In this document: in pieces, positions 47,194 to 59,653 of the stretch
Numbering within the stretch: position 1 is the first letter of the stretch
Layout of the letters: every line of letters starts with the position of its first letter
Assembly (NCBI GenBank): GCA_046583355.1
Contig: JAYGCM010000012.1
Location: forward strand, 1 to 64,000
DNA length: 64,000 nucleotides
Direction: 5' to 3'
Origin: Deltaproteobacteria bacterium
Lineage (GTDB): Bacteria; Desulfobacterota; Binatia; UBA12015
Translations under genes and position numbers: made by a program
Notes under the pieces: model-generated
Seen by the model: the letters and a program-made list of their open reading frames with translations, nothing else
Told to the model about the DNA's origin: nothing
The model's database searches: none

Positions 47194-47565
47194 CTATTTT
47201 CGCGACGACTTCCGGCCTTTGGTGGGCGCCTCCGAGCAGGGCAGGCAGATATTATTCTTGTTGTCCTCGTCTTCGATCAGGCCTTCATCGAGGTTGTGGC
47301 AGATCTTCTTGCAGGCCACGCAAATGAAGTAGATACCCTCGGATTCCTTGTCGATGCGCTCGCGGTTCAGAATGCGCCCGGCCAGCTTGGCCACGCGGAT
47401 CTCAAGGAGTTCCTCATATTGGCGCTTGATCTTGAGCCGCCCTGCTTCGTCCTTGGGCATCGCCTCGGCGGCGTCCTGGCGTGACTTCTGACTATCACCC
47501 CAGAGGCTGAAGCTCTCTTTTTTCGTCGCGCCGCCCTTGGTGGTTTTCTTCTTCGCTCGCGCCAT
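47194..47565 (-). CDS. Hypothetical protein with a putative Zn finger
   Basis: Basic termini; CVAC...CH...CLPC. Confidence 0.7.
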   Translation of the reverse strand: MARAKKKTTKGGATKKESFSLWGDSQKSRQDAAEAMPKDEAGRLKIKRQYEELLEIRVAKLAGRILNRERIDKESEGIYFICVACKKICHNLDEGLIEDEDNKNNICLPCSEAPTKGRKSSRK

Positions 47566-47865
47566 CCGCCACGTCCCCTCAGCCGCCATGCACACAAAGC
47601 GTGTAGAGCGGGCCTCAAGGGATCTTAGGATGGACTCCGGGGAATTCAAGCTACCCCGCCAAAGACGGGACTTTTACCGGCCGTGCCTCTGGCCCGGTTT
47701 TGCGAGGTCTGATAGCTCCAAACCGGCCGCGATCGCGCCCTCGGCGCAAAGCTGCCAAGGCTGCGTTATGCCTTCCTGGGAAGAACTCCCTTCACGCCGC
47801 TCCTTGCGCGGTGCAATCGAACGCAAAAGAGCGGCGCAGCTCGCGGATGCAAAAGACGGAAATTC

Positions 47866-48738
47866 ATGACCACCCACAACGACGACAACGACAAACCCAC
47901 CCGCGCCGCCGAGCGCCCGATCGAGAGCGGCGAGACGCTTCTCTTCATTGACGAAAAGGGGCGCGAATACCTCCGCGAGTTGCGCCCTGGCCGCCGGCTC
48001 AGCTTCCAGAAGGGCCATCTCGATGTCGACCCGATCATCGGCCGCCATGACGGCCTGAAGCTGCGTACCTCAGGGGGGGGAACGGTCTTCGTCTTCCGCC
48101 CGACCTACGACCGGCTGATTCCCAACCTGCCGCGCAAGGCTCAGGTGATCTACCCGAAGGACTCCGGCGCCATCCTCACCCACACCGATATCTACCCCGG
48201 CGCGCGTGTGATCGAGAGCGGCGTCGGCCCCGGCGCGCTGACGATGGCCCTGCTGCGAGCCATCGGCCCCGAAGGTACCCTGGTCTCGATCGAGCGCCGC
48301 GAGGACCATATCAAGATGGCGCGCGAGAATATCGCCGCCTTCTATGGCGACGCCCCCAATTGGACCACCATCCTCGCCAGCGCCGAAGACGAAATCCCCA
48401 AGCACCGAGCAGACCGCATCATTCTGGATCTACCCGACCCCGCCCCGGTCATTCCGGCAGCGGCCGAAGCCTTGCGCCCGGGTGGCATGGTCGCCAGTTG
48501 GGTACCGACGACGCTGCAGCTCGAGTCGCTCGGTGAGGCGCTGCGCACGGAGAAGCGTCTGGTTGAGCCGCGCACCTCGGAGATTCTGGAACGCTTCTGG
48601 CATGTGGCGGCGAATTCGATCCGGCCGGATCATCGCATGGTCGCCCATACCGGGTTCCTCACGACGGCATGGCGCCTGGCCGATGAAGAACCGCTTGAGC
48701 CAGCGAATCCGGTCGAAAAGACCGAAGTTCCCGTATAA
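47866..48738 (+). CDS. trmI: tRNA (adenine57/58-N1)-methyltransferase
   Basis: PRKAQVIYPKD, IESGVGPGALT, ILDLPDP, RPDHRMVAHTGFL. Confidence 0.93.
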   Translation: MTTHNDDNDKPTRAAERPIESGETLLFIDEKGREYLRELRPGRRLSFQKGHLDVDPIIGRHDGLKLRTSGGGTVFVFRPTYDRLIPNLPRKAQVIYPKDSGAILTHTDIYPGARVIESGVGPGALTMALLRAIGPEGTLVSIERREDHIKMARENIAAFYGDAPNWTTILASAEDEIPKHRADRIILDLPDPAPVIPAAAEALRPGGMVASWVPTTLQLESLGEALRTEKRLVEPRTSEILERFWHVAANSIRPDHRMVAHTGFLTTAWRLADEEPLEPANPVEKTEVPV

Positions 48739-48786
48739 TATTGTTACCAGGGAGCGGCCGCGGGGCCGCCAGGCATAGGGGTGCGC

Positions 48787-51204
48787 ATGTCCGACGAAAT
48801 CAAGTCTGATGAAGAAGAAGAGGAAGAGGAGCTCGATCAGAGCGCGAAGTTCTACGGCTTCGAAGAAAATACGGGTGATATCGAAATCCCCGAGACCCTG
48901 CCGATCCTCGCCTTGCGCGGCATCGTCATCTTCCCTTCGGCGATCGTACCGCTGCCGATCTCGCGCAAGCCCTCGCTGGAGTTGGTGGAGCAGGCTCTTG
49001 CCGGTAACCGCTTGCTCGGTTTGGTCGCACAAAAAATCACCGAGGAAGAAACCCCTACCGCCGAATCCGTGCATCGACGTGGCACCGTCGGGCGGCTGCT
49101 CAAGATGCTGAAATACCCGGACCAGAGCGTGCGCATTCTGGTGCAGGGACTGCACCGCATCGAGGTCGAGGAATTCGAGCAGATCGCGCCCTATATGCGC
49201 GGGCGCATCCGCACGCTCGAGGATATCTACGATTCCAAAGAAGAGCTCAAAGCCATGCAGGCGCATCTCGTGAATCAATTCGCGAAATTCGTCTCCATGA
49301 TTCCCTACCTCCCTGATGAGTTGCAGCTCGTCGTGATGAATATCAAAGACCCAGGCAAGGTCACCGACCTGATTTCCTCGAACCTGAATATCTCCGTGGA
49401 CGAGAAACAGGACCTCCTCAATACGGTCGAAGTCCGCGCGCGGATGGACCGCCTCTCGAAGATCCTCGGCCGCGAGATCGAGTTGCTCGAACTCGGCTCC
49501 AAAATCCAATCGCAGGTCCAAGGCGAGATGGCGCAGAACCAGAAGGAATTCTACCTGCGCCAGCAATTACGCGCGATCCAGAAAGAACTCGGCGAGGGCG
49601 ACCCGCGCGGCGCCGATGTCGATGAATTGCGGCAAAAGTTGGACGACGCCAAGCTGCCGGAGGAGGCGCGCAAGGCCGCCGACAACGAACTCGACCGCTT
49701 GCGCATCATCCCGCCGGAATCCGCCGAGCATTCCGTGGTGCGAACCTACCTCGAATGGCTCGCGAACCTCCCCTGGAATCACTCGACCGCAGACAACCTC
49801 GACCTGCACCACGCCCGCGCCATCCTCGACGAGGATCATTTCGGCCTCGATAAGGTCAAGGATCGAATCCTTGAGTACCTGGCGGTGCGCAAATTACGCG
49901 ACGACCCGAAGAGCCCGATTCTCTGCTTCGTCGGCCCCCCGGGTGTCGGCAAAACTTCGTTGGGCCGCTCGATTGCACGCGCGATGGACCGCAAATTCGT
50001 CCGTCTCTCCTTGGGTGGCGTGCGGGACGAAGCGGAAATCCGTGGCCATCGGCGCACCTATGTCGGTTCGCTGCCGGGCCGCATCATTCAGAGTATGCGT
50101 CGCGCCGGAGCCAGGAACCCGCTCTTCGTGCTCGATGAAATCGACAAAATCGGCGCGGACTTTCGCGGCGACCCGGCCAGCGCCCTGCTGGAAGTCCTCG
50201 ACCCCGAACAGAACTCCAGCTTCTCCGACCATTACCTCGATATTCCCTTCGACCTCTCACGTGCGATATTCATCACGACGGCCAACCAGCTTGAGCCGAT
50301 TCCGCCGGCCTTGCGCGACCGCATGGAGGTAATCGAACTCTCCGGATACACCGAGGAGCAGAAACTCGAGATCGCCAAACAACATCTGGTCAGCCGCCAG
50401 ATCGAAGAGAATGGACTTTCCGGAGTCGATATCACCTTCGATGACGATGCCATCCGCAAGACGATCCGCGACTATACCCGCGAGGGCGGCCTGCGGAACC
50501 TGGAGCGCGAGATCGGCCGGGTCTGCCGCAAGGTCGCGCGCATCGTCACCGAGGGCGGCGAGGGCCCCTTCCCCATCACCTCCGCGAAAGTCCGCGAATT
50601 GCTTGGCCCCGAGGTCTTCTTCTCCGAGGTCGCCGATCGCATCGCGCGTACCGGCGTCGTGACCGGCTTGGCCTATACGGCTGCCGGCGGCGATATCCTC
50701 TTCATCGAGTCGACCCAGATGCCCGGCAAGAAGGGCCTGACGCTGACCGGATCGCTCGGCGACGTGATGAAAGAGAGTGCGCAGACGGCGCTCTCCCTGG
50801 TCCGTTCGCGCGCCAAAGAACTCGGGATCGACCCGCAATTCTTCGAGTCTTCCGACATCCATATCCACGTCCCCGCCGGCGCCACGCCCAAAGACGGTCC
50901 CTCGGCCGGCGTCACAATGGCGACGTCGCTGGCCTCCCTGCTCTCGAACCGCCCGGTGCGGCCGGACGTCGCGATGACCGGCGAGCTGACCTTGCGCGGT
51001 GCGGTGCTGCCGATCGGCGGCGTAAAAGAGAAGGTTCTGGCCGCCGCGCGCGCCGGGATCAAGCATATCGTATTGCCCAAACGCAACGAGAAGGACCTCG
51101 AAGATGTGCCGGATAATATCCGCCAGGAGATCGAGTTCACCTTTGCCGAAGAGATCGGCGATGTCCTGGCGGTAGCCCTGCTGCCGCAGCGCAAGCCAGA
51201 TTGA
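48787..51204 (+). CDS. lon: ATP-dependent Lon protease
   Basis: LON N-domain; GPPGVGKTS; DEAEIRGHRRTY; PKDGPSAG; IGGVKEK. Confidence 0.98.
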   Translation: MSDEIKSDEEEEEEELDQSAKFYGFEENTGDIEIPETLPILALRGIVIFPSAIVPLPISRKPSLELVEQALAGNRLLGLVAQKITEEETPTAESVHRRGTVGRLLKMLKYPDQSVRILVQGLHRIEVEEFEQIAPYMRGRIRTLEDIYDSKEELKAMQAHLVNQFAKFVSMIPYLPDELQLVVMNIKDPGKVTDLISSNLNISVDEKQDLLNTVEVRARMDRLSKILGREIELLELGSKIQSQVQGEMAQNQKEFYLRQQLRAIQKELGEGDPRGADVDELRQKLDDAKLPEEARKAADNELDRLRIIPPESAEHSVVRTYLEWLANLPWNHSTADNLDLHHARAILDEDHFGLDKVKDRILEYLAVRKLRDDPKSPILCFVGPPGVGKTSLGRSIARAMDRKFVRLSLGGVRDEAEIRGHRRTYVGSLPGRIIQSMRRAGARNPLFVLDEIDKIGADFRGDPASALLEVLDPEQNSSFSDHYLDIPFDLSRAIFITTANQLEPIPPALRDRMEVIELSGYTEEQKLEIAKQHLVSRQIEENGLSGVDITFDDDAIRKTIRDYTREGGLRNLEREIGRVCRKVARIVTEGGEGPFPITSAKVRELLGPEVFFSEVADRIARTGVVTGLAYTAAGGDILFIESTQMPGKKGLTLTGSLGDVMKESAQTALSLVRSRAKELGIDPQFFESSDIHIHVPAGATPKDGPSAGVTMATSLASLLSNRPVRPDVAMTGELTLRGAVLPIGGVKEKVLAAARAGIKHIVLPKRNEKDLEDVPDNIRQEIEFTFAEEIGDVLAVALLPQRKPD

Positions 51205-51261
51205 GCCAAGCCGCGCAGCGCAGCGCCGCGGCGTAGGTTCCGGCCCTGCCCGTGCGTCGTC

Positions 51262-51987
51262 TCAGGAGAGGACGCAGGCTGGCTGGAGTTCGCCGGGCCG
51301 CTGGAGAATCTGCTCGGCACCAGCGGCGAGGAGCGCCTCGCTCGCACCAAAGCCCCAAGCCACGCCGAATCCGACCACGGCCGCCCGCCGGGCCACCTCC
51401 ATATCGACCACGGAATCACCGACCATGGCGGTCCTATGGGCCGGCACCTCACTGGCTTGGACCAGCCAGTGCAGGCCCGCCGGGTCCGGTTTGAAGACGC
51501 CAAGCGTATCGCCGCCGATGACATCGCCGACCAGGCCGTCCAGGGCGAGACCGCGCAGAATCGCGCGCGAGTGGCCTTCGTTCTTGTTGGTCAGAACCGA
51601 TACGCGCACGCCCGAGCTCTGTAGCGCTGCCAGAAGCTCGACGATCCCGGCGTAAAGACAGGTCCGGTCGAGAAGATGGCTTGCGTAATACTCGTGAAAG
51701 AACGGGAGCATCTCTTCCCCAGCCGCGGCTGGCCCGGCGGCGGCGTCGAGTGCGCGCGCGACCAACCGGCCCGTGCCATTGCCAATGAAGGAGACGATCT
51801 GTGCCTCGCGCAAGGCCGCATAACCCAACGCCGCAAGCCCCGCGTTGACCGCAGCAGCCAGGTCGGCGCGCGAATCCACCAGTGTCCCGTCGAGATCAAA
51901 GACGACGTGACGCAACGAAGACGGGTTCAGCCGGTGCTCAATTTGTCGGCGCGAACGAGGAGCCGCAACCGCAGGTGCGCTCGGCAT
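51262..51987 (-). CDS. HAD hydrolase (phosphoglycolate phosphatase-like); start uncertain
   Basis: FDLDGTLVDS, VLTNK, KPDP, MVGDSVVD. Confidence 0.88.
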   Translation of the reverse strand: MPSAPAVAAPRSRRQIEHRLNPSSLRHVVFDLDGTLVDSRADLAAAVNAGLAALGYAALREAQIVSFIGNGTGRLVARALDAAAGPAAAGEEMLPFFHEYYASHLLDRTCLYAGIVELLAALQSSGVRVSVLTNKNEGHSRAILRGLALDGLVGDVIGGDTLGVFKPDPAGLHWLVQASEVPAHRTAMVGDSVVDMEVARRAAVVGFGVAWGFGASEALLAAGAEQILQRPGELQPACVLS

Positions 51988-52300
51988 TGGGGTTGGTGAA
52001 GCGAAAACCGGCACCATGCAGACCATCGGCGAAATCAACCACCATACCCTTGAGGTAGGTCAGGCTCTCCGGGTCGACGAAGACATGCACGCCGTCATAC
52101 TCGAATACCCGGTCGTCGTCGCGTGCCGCGTCGTCGAAGCCCAGAGTATAGCTCATGCCGGAGCATCCGCCGTTGGCAACACCGACGCGCAGACCACTGG
52201 TCGCCGGACGTTTTTCCTTGGCAATGAGCGCGCGCACGCGCGTGATGGCTGACTCGGAGAGAGCGACGGATTCGCTGAGATTTTCGTTTATCTGGTCCAT
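51938..52300 (-). CDS. iscA: A-type Fe-S cluster carrier (IscA/HesB family)
   Basis: GGCSGMSY; NPNAERTCGCGSSF. Confidence 0.93.
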   Translation of the reverse strand: MDQINENLSESVALSESAITRVRALIAKEKRPATSGLRVGVANGGCSGMSYTLGFDDAARDDDRVFEYDGVHVFVDPESLTYLKGMVVDFADGLHGAGFRFTNPNAERTCGCGSSFAPTN

Positions 52301-52322
52301 GAGTTCCTGCTTCCTGCCGCTC

Positions 52323-52973
52323 TCAGGCGGTCGCCGTTACGGATCGCTCCGGTACCTGTCCGACCAATACGGTAAACAACGAGGTGGCCGACGTCTTGTA
52401 ACGATGCTCGACCCGCAATGGCATATCACCAAGAATATCGTCGACGCTCAGCGTCGTTCGCCAACCCAATTTACGTGTCAGTGGGTCGACCTGATCTACG
52501 AGCTTCGCGATCACCGGACGCGGACTACGAAAATGGTTGATAATGGCGATGGTGCCGCCTGGACGGCAAACCCGCAGCATCTCGCGAACCACCTGCCGAG
52601 CGTCTGGGACAACACTGACGACATGAAACGAAGTCACGTAGTCGAAAGAGTCATCATCATAAGGCAGCGCCAGCGCGTCGGCGACTTCAAGCCGCGCGTT
52701 GGTCAATCCAGCCGCTGCGGCCTTCTGCTCCGCCTTGGCGAGCATCTCGGGCGCGAGGTCGACTCCCAGGAAGTCGCAGGACGCCGGATAGGCACCTAAC
52801 GAGAGGCCGGTTCCTATACCGACCTCGAGAACACTCTCGCCGGGCCCGATATTCAACTCCTTCACGACACGAAAGATGCGCGGCGAGAAGACGTTCGTGA
52901 AGATACGATCGTAGAAATGCGCAAAGGTCGAGTAGATCTTGCTCTCGTGCGGAAGATCGCTTGGGTTCGCCAT
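52323..52973 (-). CDS. SAM-dependent methyltransferase (PmtA-like phospholipid N-methyltransferase)
   Basis: YSTFAHFYDRIF, LEVGIGTGLSL, VSVVPD, RVCRPGG..INHF. Confidence 0.8.
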   Translation of the reverse strand: MANPSDLPHESKIYSTFAHFYDRIFTNVFSPRIFRVVKELNIGPGESVLEVGIGTGLSLGAYPASCDFLGVDLAPEMLAKAEQKAAAAGLTNARLEVADALALPYDDDSFDYVTSFHVVSVVPDARQVVREMLRVCRPGGTIAIINHFRSPRPVIAKLVDQVDPLTRKLGWRTTLSVDDILGDMPLRVEHRYKTSATSLFTVLVGQVPERSVTATA

Positions 52974-53007
52974 CCGGGTCACTCCTTGAAAAGAATCCGC
53001 ACCGGAA

Positions 53008-53208
53008 TCAGGCTGCGGTCGCGGCCTGCAGCTGACGCTGGAAGGAGGCGACGTCCCGATGACGAAAGCGCCATTGCCGCCCCGTCTTGAACGCCGGAAG
53101 GATTTGCTTGCGCGCGAACTCGTTGACGGTATCCGGACTCATATCCAGAAGACGCGCCACGTCCCGGCTATTGAGAAGATTTTCGTCTCGTTCGTTCATC
53201 ATCACCAT
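53008..53208 (-). CDS. Small helix-turn-helix protein (HTH_17, excisionase/BldC-like)
   Basis: LLNSRDVARLLDMSPDTV...LPAFKTGRQWRF. Confidence 0.88.
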   Translation of the reverse strand: MVMMNERDENLLNSRDVARLLDMSPDTVNEFARKQILPAFKTGRQWRFRHRDVASFQRQLQAATAA

Positions 53209-53223
53209 GCTCCGCCTTCTCTT

Positions 53224-53258
53224 GAGCTATCACCACCCCCCGGAACCGTCAAGGTTCC
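53224..53258 (-). promoter_or_regulatory. Candidate promoter/operator of the HTH-methyltransferase-iscA run
   Basis: TTGACG-N17-TAGCTC on the minus strand; palindrome GGAACC-N5-GGTTCC over the -35. Confidence 0.35.
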
Positions 53259-53408
53259 TTAACCGAAGCGTCGCGCCCTGCCCTCAGCCGGCGCGAAAAA
53301 AACCTGAGTATTCCCAACGACTTACGGGATTCGAACACGATACCCCAGGGCAAAGAAGAGCATGGACGCAATGCGTCATCCCGCCGCGACGGGGCCATGC
53401 GGGTGCGG

Positions 53409-53437
53409 GGCCCTCCTTCGCCAGGCAAAGGAGGGCC
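53409..53437 (-). terminator. Hairpin directly after secD
   Basis: GGCCCTCCTT-N9-AAGGAGGGCC, 5 nt after the secD stop. Confidence 0.6.
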
Positions 53438-53442
53438 GCCGT

Positions 53443-54996
53443 TCAGATGCTGATCCGGCTCAAGCCGCGACGCGAAAGTTGGAAATCGTAATAGATCCGC
53501 GTGCCGAAAACCGCTGTGAGAACCGTGGTCAGAATGCCAACGCAGAGGGTCAGCGCGAAGCCCTTCACTGGCCCGGAGCCAAATTGAAAAAGAATCAAGC
53601 CGGAGACGAAGGTGGTGATATTCGAATCACGAATCGCCGCCCAGGCGCGCTCGTAGCCGGTCTCCACGGCCGCCCGCGGCGTCTTGCCGAGCAATAGCTC
53701 TTCTCGCACACGCTCGTTGATCAGGACATTGGCGTCGACCGCCATGCCCATCGTCAGCACGATCCCCGCAATGCCGGGCAATGTGAGCGTCATGCCGAAG
53801 GCCGCAAGCGCGGTCATCAGGAAGATCACGTTCAGACCCAACGCGACATCCGCCAGCACTCCGGCCCCGCGGTAGTAGAACATCATGAAGAGGACCACGA
53901 GTACGCCGCCAACCAGCAAGGAGAGTACACCCTGTTCGATGGAATCACGCCCGAGCGAAGGGCCGACCGTGCGCTCTTCGATGATACGGATCGGCGCGGG
54001 CAACGCGCCGGCGCGCAATACGATGGCCAGATCGTGTGCTTCCTTCATATCGAAATTGCCGGTAATCGAGGCACGTCCACCACCGATCCGCTCGCGGATA
54101 TTCGGTGCCGAAAACACGCGGCCATCCAGAACGATTGCCAGGTTGCGACCGACATTTTCTTCCGTCAATGCCTCGAAATCATCCGATCCTGTGTCGGTGA
54201 GGACGAGCTCCACATACGGACCTTCCAGCTGCGTGGCCGGCCGGACGCGCGCGTCAGCAACCTGCCCGCCGCTGAGCAACACTTTCTTCTCGACCTGCCA
54301 GGTCGGCACGCTGCCGCCCACCGTAGCCGATCCGGCCGAGCCCTTGAGTTCCTCGCTCGCCTCGCTATCGCCATCTGCAACCAGGCGAAACTCAAGCACA
54401 GCAGTTCTGCCAATCAGGCCCTTTGCCCGCTGGGGGTCCTGCACGCCGGGTAATTGCACCACGATATCGCGATCGCCCTGGCGCTGAATCGTCGGCTCGG
54501 CAACACCAAATTGGTCAACCCTGTTGCGGATCGTCTCCAGTGATTGGTCCATCGCGAAGCGCTCGATCCGGTCGATCTCACGCGCGCTGAGTGCCAGTTG
54601 GACCGTGGCGCCGGTGCCGGATTGAATCTGCAGGCTCGGGTAGCGGTTGGTCAGAAACTCCTCGAACTCGGGGCGCTGCTTGGCGTCTTCGAGCTGGATC
54701 GTCAGATTCGTGCCCTCGTGGCCGACCTTCGCGACCGCCAGGCCCTCGTCGCGCGCCGCGCGGCTCAGTTCTTCGCCCGTGCGCCCGACGGAATTGACAA
54801 CGGCCTTCTCGACCTCGACGGCAAAAAGGAGATGCGTGCCGCCACGCAGATCGAGGCCCAGCTTGATCGGGCTCTCTGCAGGCGCCAGCGGCAGATGCAC
54901 ACCGGCGGGCAGGAAGACGGGCGAGAGGTAGATCAGCGAGCCCAGCGTCATCGCCAGCATCGCCGCGAGACGATAATTCGCGGTTCCGGGGTTCAT
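53443..54996 (-). CDS. secD: Protein translocase subunit SecD
   Basis: KLGLDLRGG, RVDQFGVAEP, LRAGALPAP, VGPSLG, GMAVDANVLINER. Confidence 0.97.
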   Translation of the reverse strand: MNPGTANYRLAAMLAMTLGSLIYLSPVFLPAGVHLPLAPAESPIKLGLDLRGGTHLLFAVEVEKAVVNSVGRTGEELSRAARDEGLAVAKVGHEGTNLTIQLEDAKQRPEFEEFLTNRYPSLQIQSGTGATVQLALSAREIDRIERFAMDQSLETIRNRVDQFGVAEPTIQRQGDRDIVVQLPGVQDPQRAKGLIGRTAVLEFRLVADGDSEASEELKGSAGSATVGGSVPTWQVEKKVLLSGGQVADARVRPATQLEGPYVELVLTDTGSDDFEALTEENVGRNLAIVLDGRVFSAPNIRERIGGGRASITGNFDMKEAHDLAIVLRAGALPAPIRIIEERTVGPSLGRDSIEQGVLSLLVGGVLVVLFMMFYYRGAGVLADVALGLNVIFLMTALAAFGMTLTLPGIAGIVLTMGMAVDANVLINERVREELLLGKTPRAAVETGYERAWAAIRDSNITTFVSGLILFQFGSGPVKGFALTLCVGILTTVLTAVFGTRIYYDFQLSRRGLSRISI

Positions 54997-55295
54997 TTCT
55001 TCTCCTCGGTCGCCTTGCCGGTCCCGGCCAGATGGCCGATCGACGAGCGCTCCAGGCGAATCTTCACGTTGGGCGCGATCTCGAGGGCGACCTCGGCGTC
55101 CTGCACGCGGACGATTTTCCCGTAGATGCCTCCGCTGGTGACGATCTGATCGCCCGGCTTGAGCCCATCGAGCATGCTCTGCGTCTCACGAGCCTTCTTC
55201 TGCTGCGGACGAATCAGCAGGAAGTAAAAGACCGCCAGAATCAGGATGAAAGGCGCCAGCTGCATCAGCGCGCCCCCAGGTGCTTGTCCGTTCAT
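54993..55295 (-). CDS. yajC: Preprotein translocase subunit YajC
   Basis: FYFLLIRPQQKK...LKPGDQIVTSGGIYG. Confidence 0.96.
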   Translation of the reverse strand: MNGQAPGGALMQLAPFILILAVFYFLLIRPQQKKARETQSMLDGLKPGDQIVTSGGIYGKIVRVQDAEVALEIAPNVKIRLERSSIGHLAGTGKATEEKK

Positions 55296-55308
55296 GAATT
55301 CATTCCCC

Positions 55309-57590
<2,282 letters not shown>

Positions 57591-58319
57591 CGAGGAAGGG
57601 ACGTAGCAGCTCCATCGGTAGCGGGAAGATGGTGGTCGAATTATTCGGCCCGGCGATCTCCACCAGAGTTTGCAGATAGCGCAGGGTCAGGGCGTGGGGA
57701 TGCTGCGCCAGCGTTTTCGCGGCATCCGCGAGGCGCTGCGCCGCCTGGTACTCAGCCTCGGCCGCGATGACCTTGGCACGCCGCTCGCGCTCGGCCTCGG
57801 CCTGACGCGCCAATGCGCGCTGCATATCGGGGGGCAGGTCGATATCCTTGATCTCGACCGTTGCGACTTTCACACCCCAGGGTTCGGTCTGCTGGTCCAC
57901 GATCTCTTGGATCCGGTCATTGACCTTCTCCCTCTCGGCCAGCAACTCATCGAGTTCGACCTGTCCGCAGACGCTGCGCAATGTGGTCTGGGCAATCATG
58001 CTGGAGCCGTAAATATAATTCTCGATCGCAATGATCGCCTTGACGGGGTCCACGACACGAAAATAGAGCACGGCGCTGACCTTCACCGAGACGTTGTCAC
58101 GCGTGATCACCTCCTGGGCCGGGATATCCATGGTCACGGTACGCAGATCGACGCGCTGCGCTTTCTCGATGAAAGGAATGATCAGCACCAAGCCAGGCCC
58201 GCGCGAACCGACCGCCCGACCGAGCCGGAAGATCACGGCGCGTTCGTATTCTTTCATGATTTTGACGGCGCTCATCAGAACAACCGCGATAATAGCGACG
58301 AATACACCTATGGATGACA

Positions 58320-59645
58320 TCAACTCTTCTCCTTTTCGGGGTCGACCGCTTCGACGCCCAGCGTAAGTCCCTCTACCGAGATCACGCGTGCTTTGCGATC
58401 CACCGCAAGGCGATCGCGCGAGCGCGCCTTCCAGAGCTCGCCACGTACAAAAATCTGCCCTTCCGGGTCGATGGCTTCGCGGACTTCGCCGAGCGCCCCG
58501 ATCATCGCCTCGGGACCGGATACCGCCTTCTGAGCGAAAGTACGCACGACCAGCGTTGCCATGACGAGCATGATGGAAGCCACCGCGGCGGCCGCGGCGC
58601 CGATCACGGCACGATCCACCTGAAAGCCACCGCCGGGCGCCTCAAAGAGAAAGAGCGAGCCCAGCACGAACGCGATGAAACCACCGATACCGAGAATCCC
58701 GAAGCTGGGCACAAAGAGCTCGGCCACCAACAGGGCCATGCCGAGCCCGATCAGCCCCAGCCCGCTCAAATTGATCGGCAGGATCTGGAACGAGGCGGCG
58801 GCAATCAGCAGACAGATCGCACCGATCACGCCGGGAATCATTGTGCCGGGATTGCTGATCTCGAGGTAGAGGCCGAGCATTCCGGCGAGGAGAAGAAAAT
58901 AGGCAATTGTCGGGTCCGCCAAAAAGCCGACGACTTTCTGACGCAGGTTGGGTTCGATGACGACGACGGTTGCGCCGTCGAGGTCCAGTACCCGATCCAC
59001 GCCGCCGATGCGCACGATGCGGCCGGAAGCTCCGGCCAGCAGATCGCCCAGGCTCGGTGCGATCAGGTCGATCACGCCATTCTCCAGGGCCTCGCGATCT
59101 GTAGCCGAGAGCGCTTCACGCACCGCCAACTCCGCCCATTGTACATTGCGGTCGCGCTCCTCGGCGATGGATTTGGCGAAAGCGGCGGTGAAGTTCAGCA
59201 CCTTCTCGCCCATCGCCCCGTCGACATCTGCGCCGGTTGCCGTCACCGGCGTACTGGCACCGATGGTCGTGCCCGGCGCCATGGCCGCGACGTTGGCCGC
59301 CATGACAAGAAAGACACCGGCCGACGCAGCCCCGGCGCCGCCCGGTGCCACATAGAAAAGCACCGGCAAGGGTGGGTCGAGAAGCACCTGCACGATCTCA
59401 CGCGTCGATTCAAGTAATCCGCCGGGCGTATCCAATTGCACCACCACCGCGTCGGCGCTGGCATCGGCAGCGCCGCGAATTCCTTCAATGATATATTCAG
59501 CACTGGCCGGATGAATCGGCCCGTCGACCGAGAGCAGGTGCACGGTAGCCGCGCGCGCGCCGGTGGCGCCTGCGAGAACAAGCAGGAGCGCCAGCAGCAG
59601 GCCGGCAAGCCTCCGACCTGGGCGAGGGAAAGGAGCGACCGTCAT
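58320..59645 (-). CDS. nfeD: NfeD-family membrane-bound serine protease
   Basis: [23 protein letters not shown] bundle; OB domain with GELWKA. Confidence 0.93.
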   Translation of the reverse strand: MTVAPFPRPGRRLAGLLLALLLVLAGATGARAATVHLLSVDGPIHPASAEYIIEGIRGAADASADAVVVQLDTPGGLLESTREIVQVLLDPPLPVLFYVAPGGAGAASAGVFLVMAANVAAMAPGTTIGASTPVTATGADVDGAMGEKVLNFTAAFAKSIAEERDRNVQWAELAVREALSATDREALENGVIDLIAPSLGDLLAGASGRIVRIGGVDRVLDLDGATVVVIEPNLRQKVVGFLADPTIAYFLLLAGMLGLYLEISNPGTMIPGVIGAICLLIAAASFQILPINLSGLGLIGLGMALLVAELFVPSFGILGIGGFIAFVLGSLFLFEAPGGGFQVDRAVIGAAAAAVASIMLVMATLVVRTFAQKAVSGPEAMIGALGEVREAIDPEGQIFVRGELWKARSRDRLAVDRKARVISVEGLTLGVEAVDPEKEKS

Positions 59646-59653
59646 GCGACGCC

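Noticed and set aside
53008..53208. Prophage or ICE excisionase
   Set aside because: No integrase, att repeat or phage genes nearby
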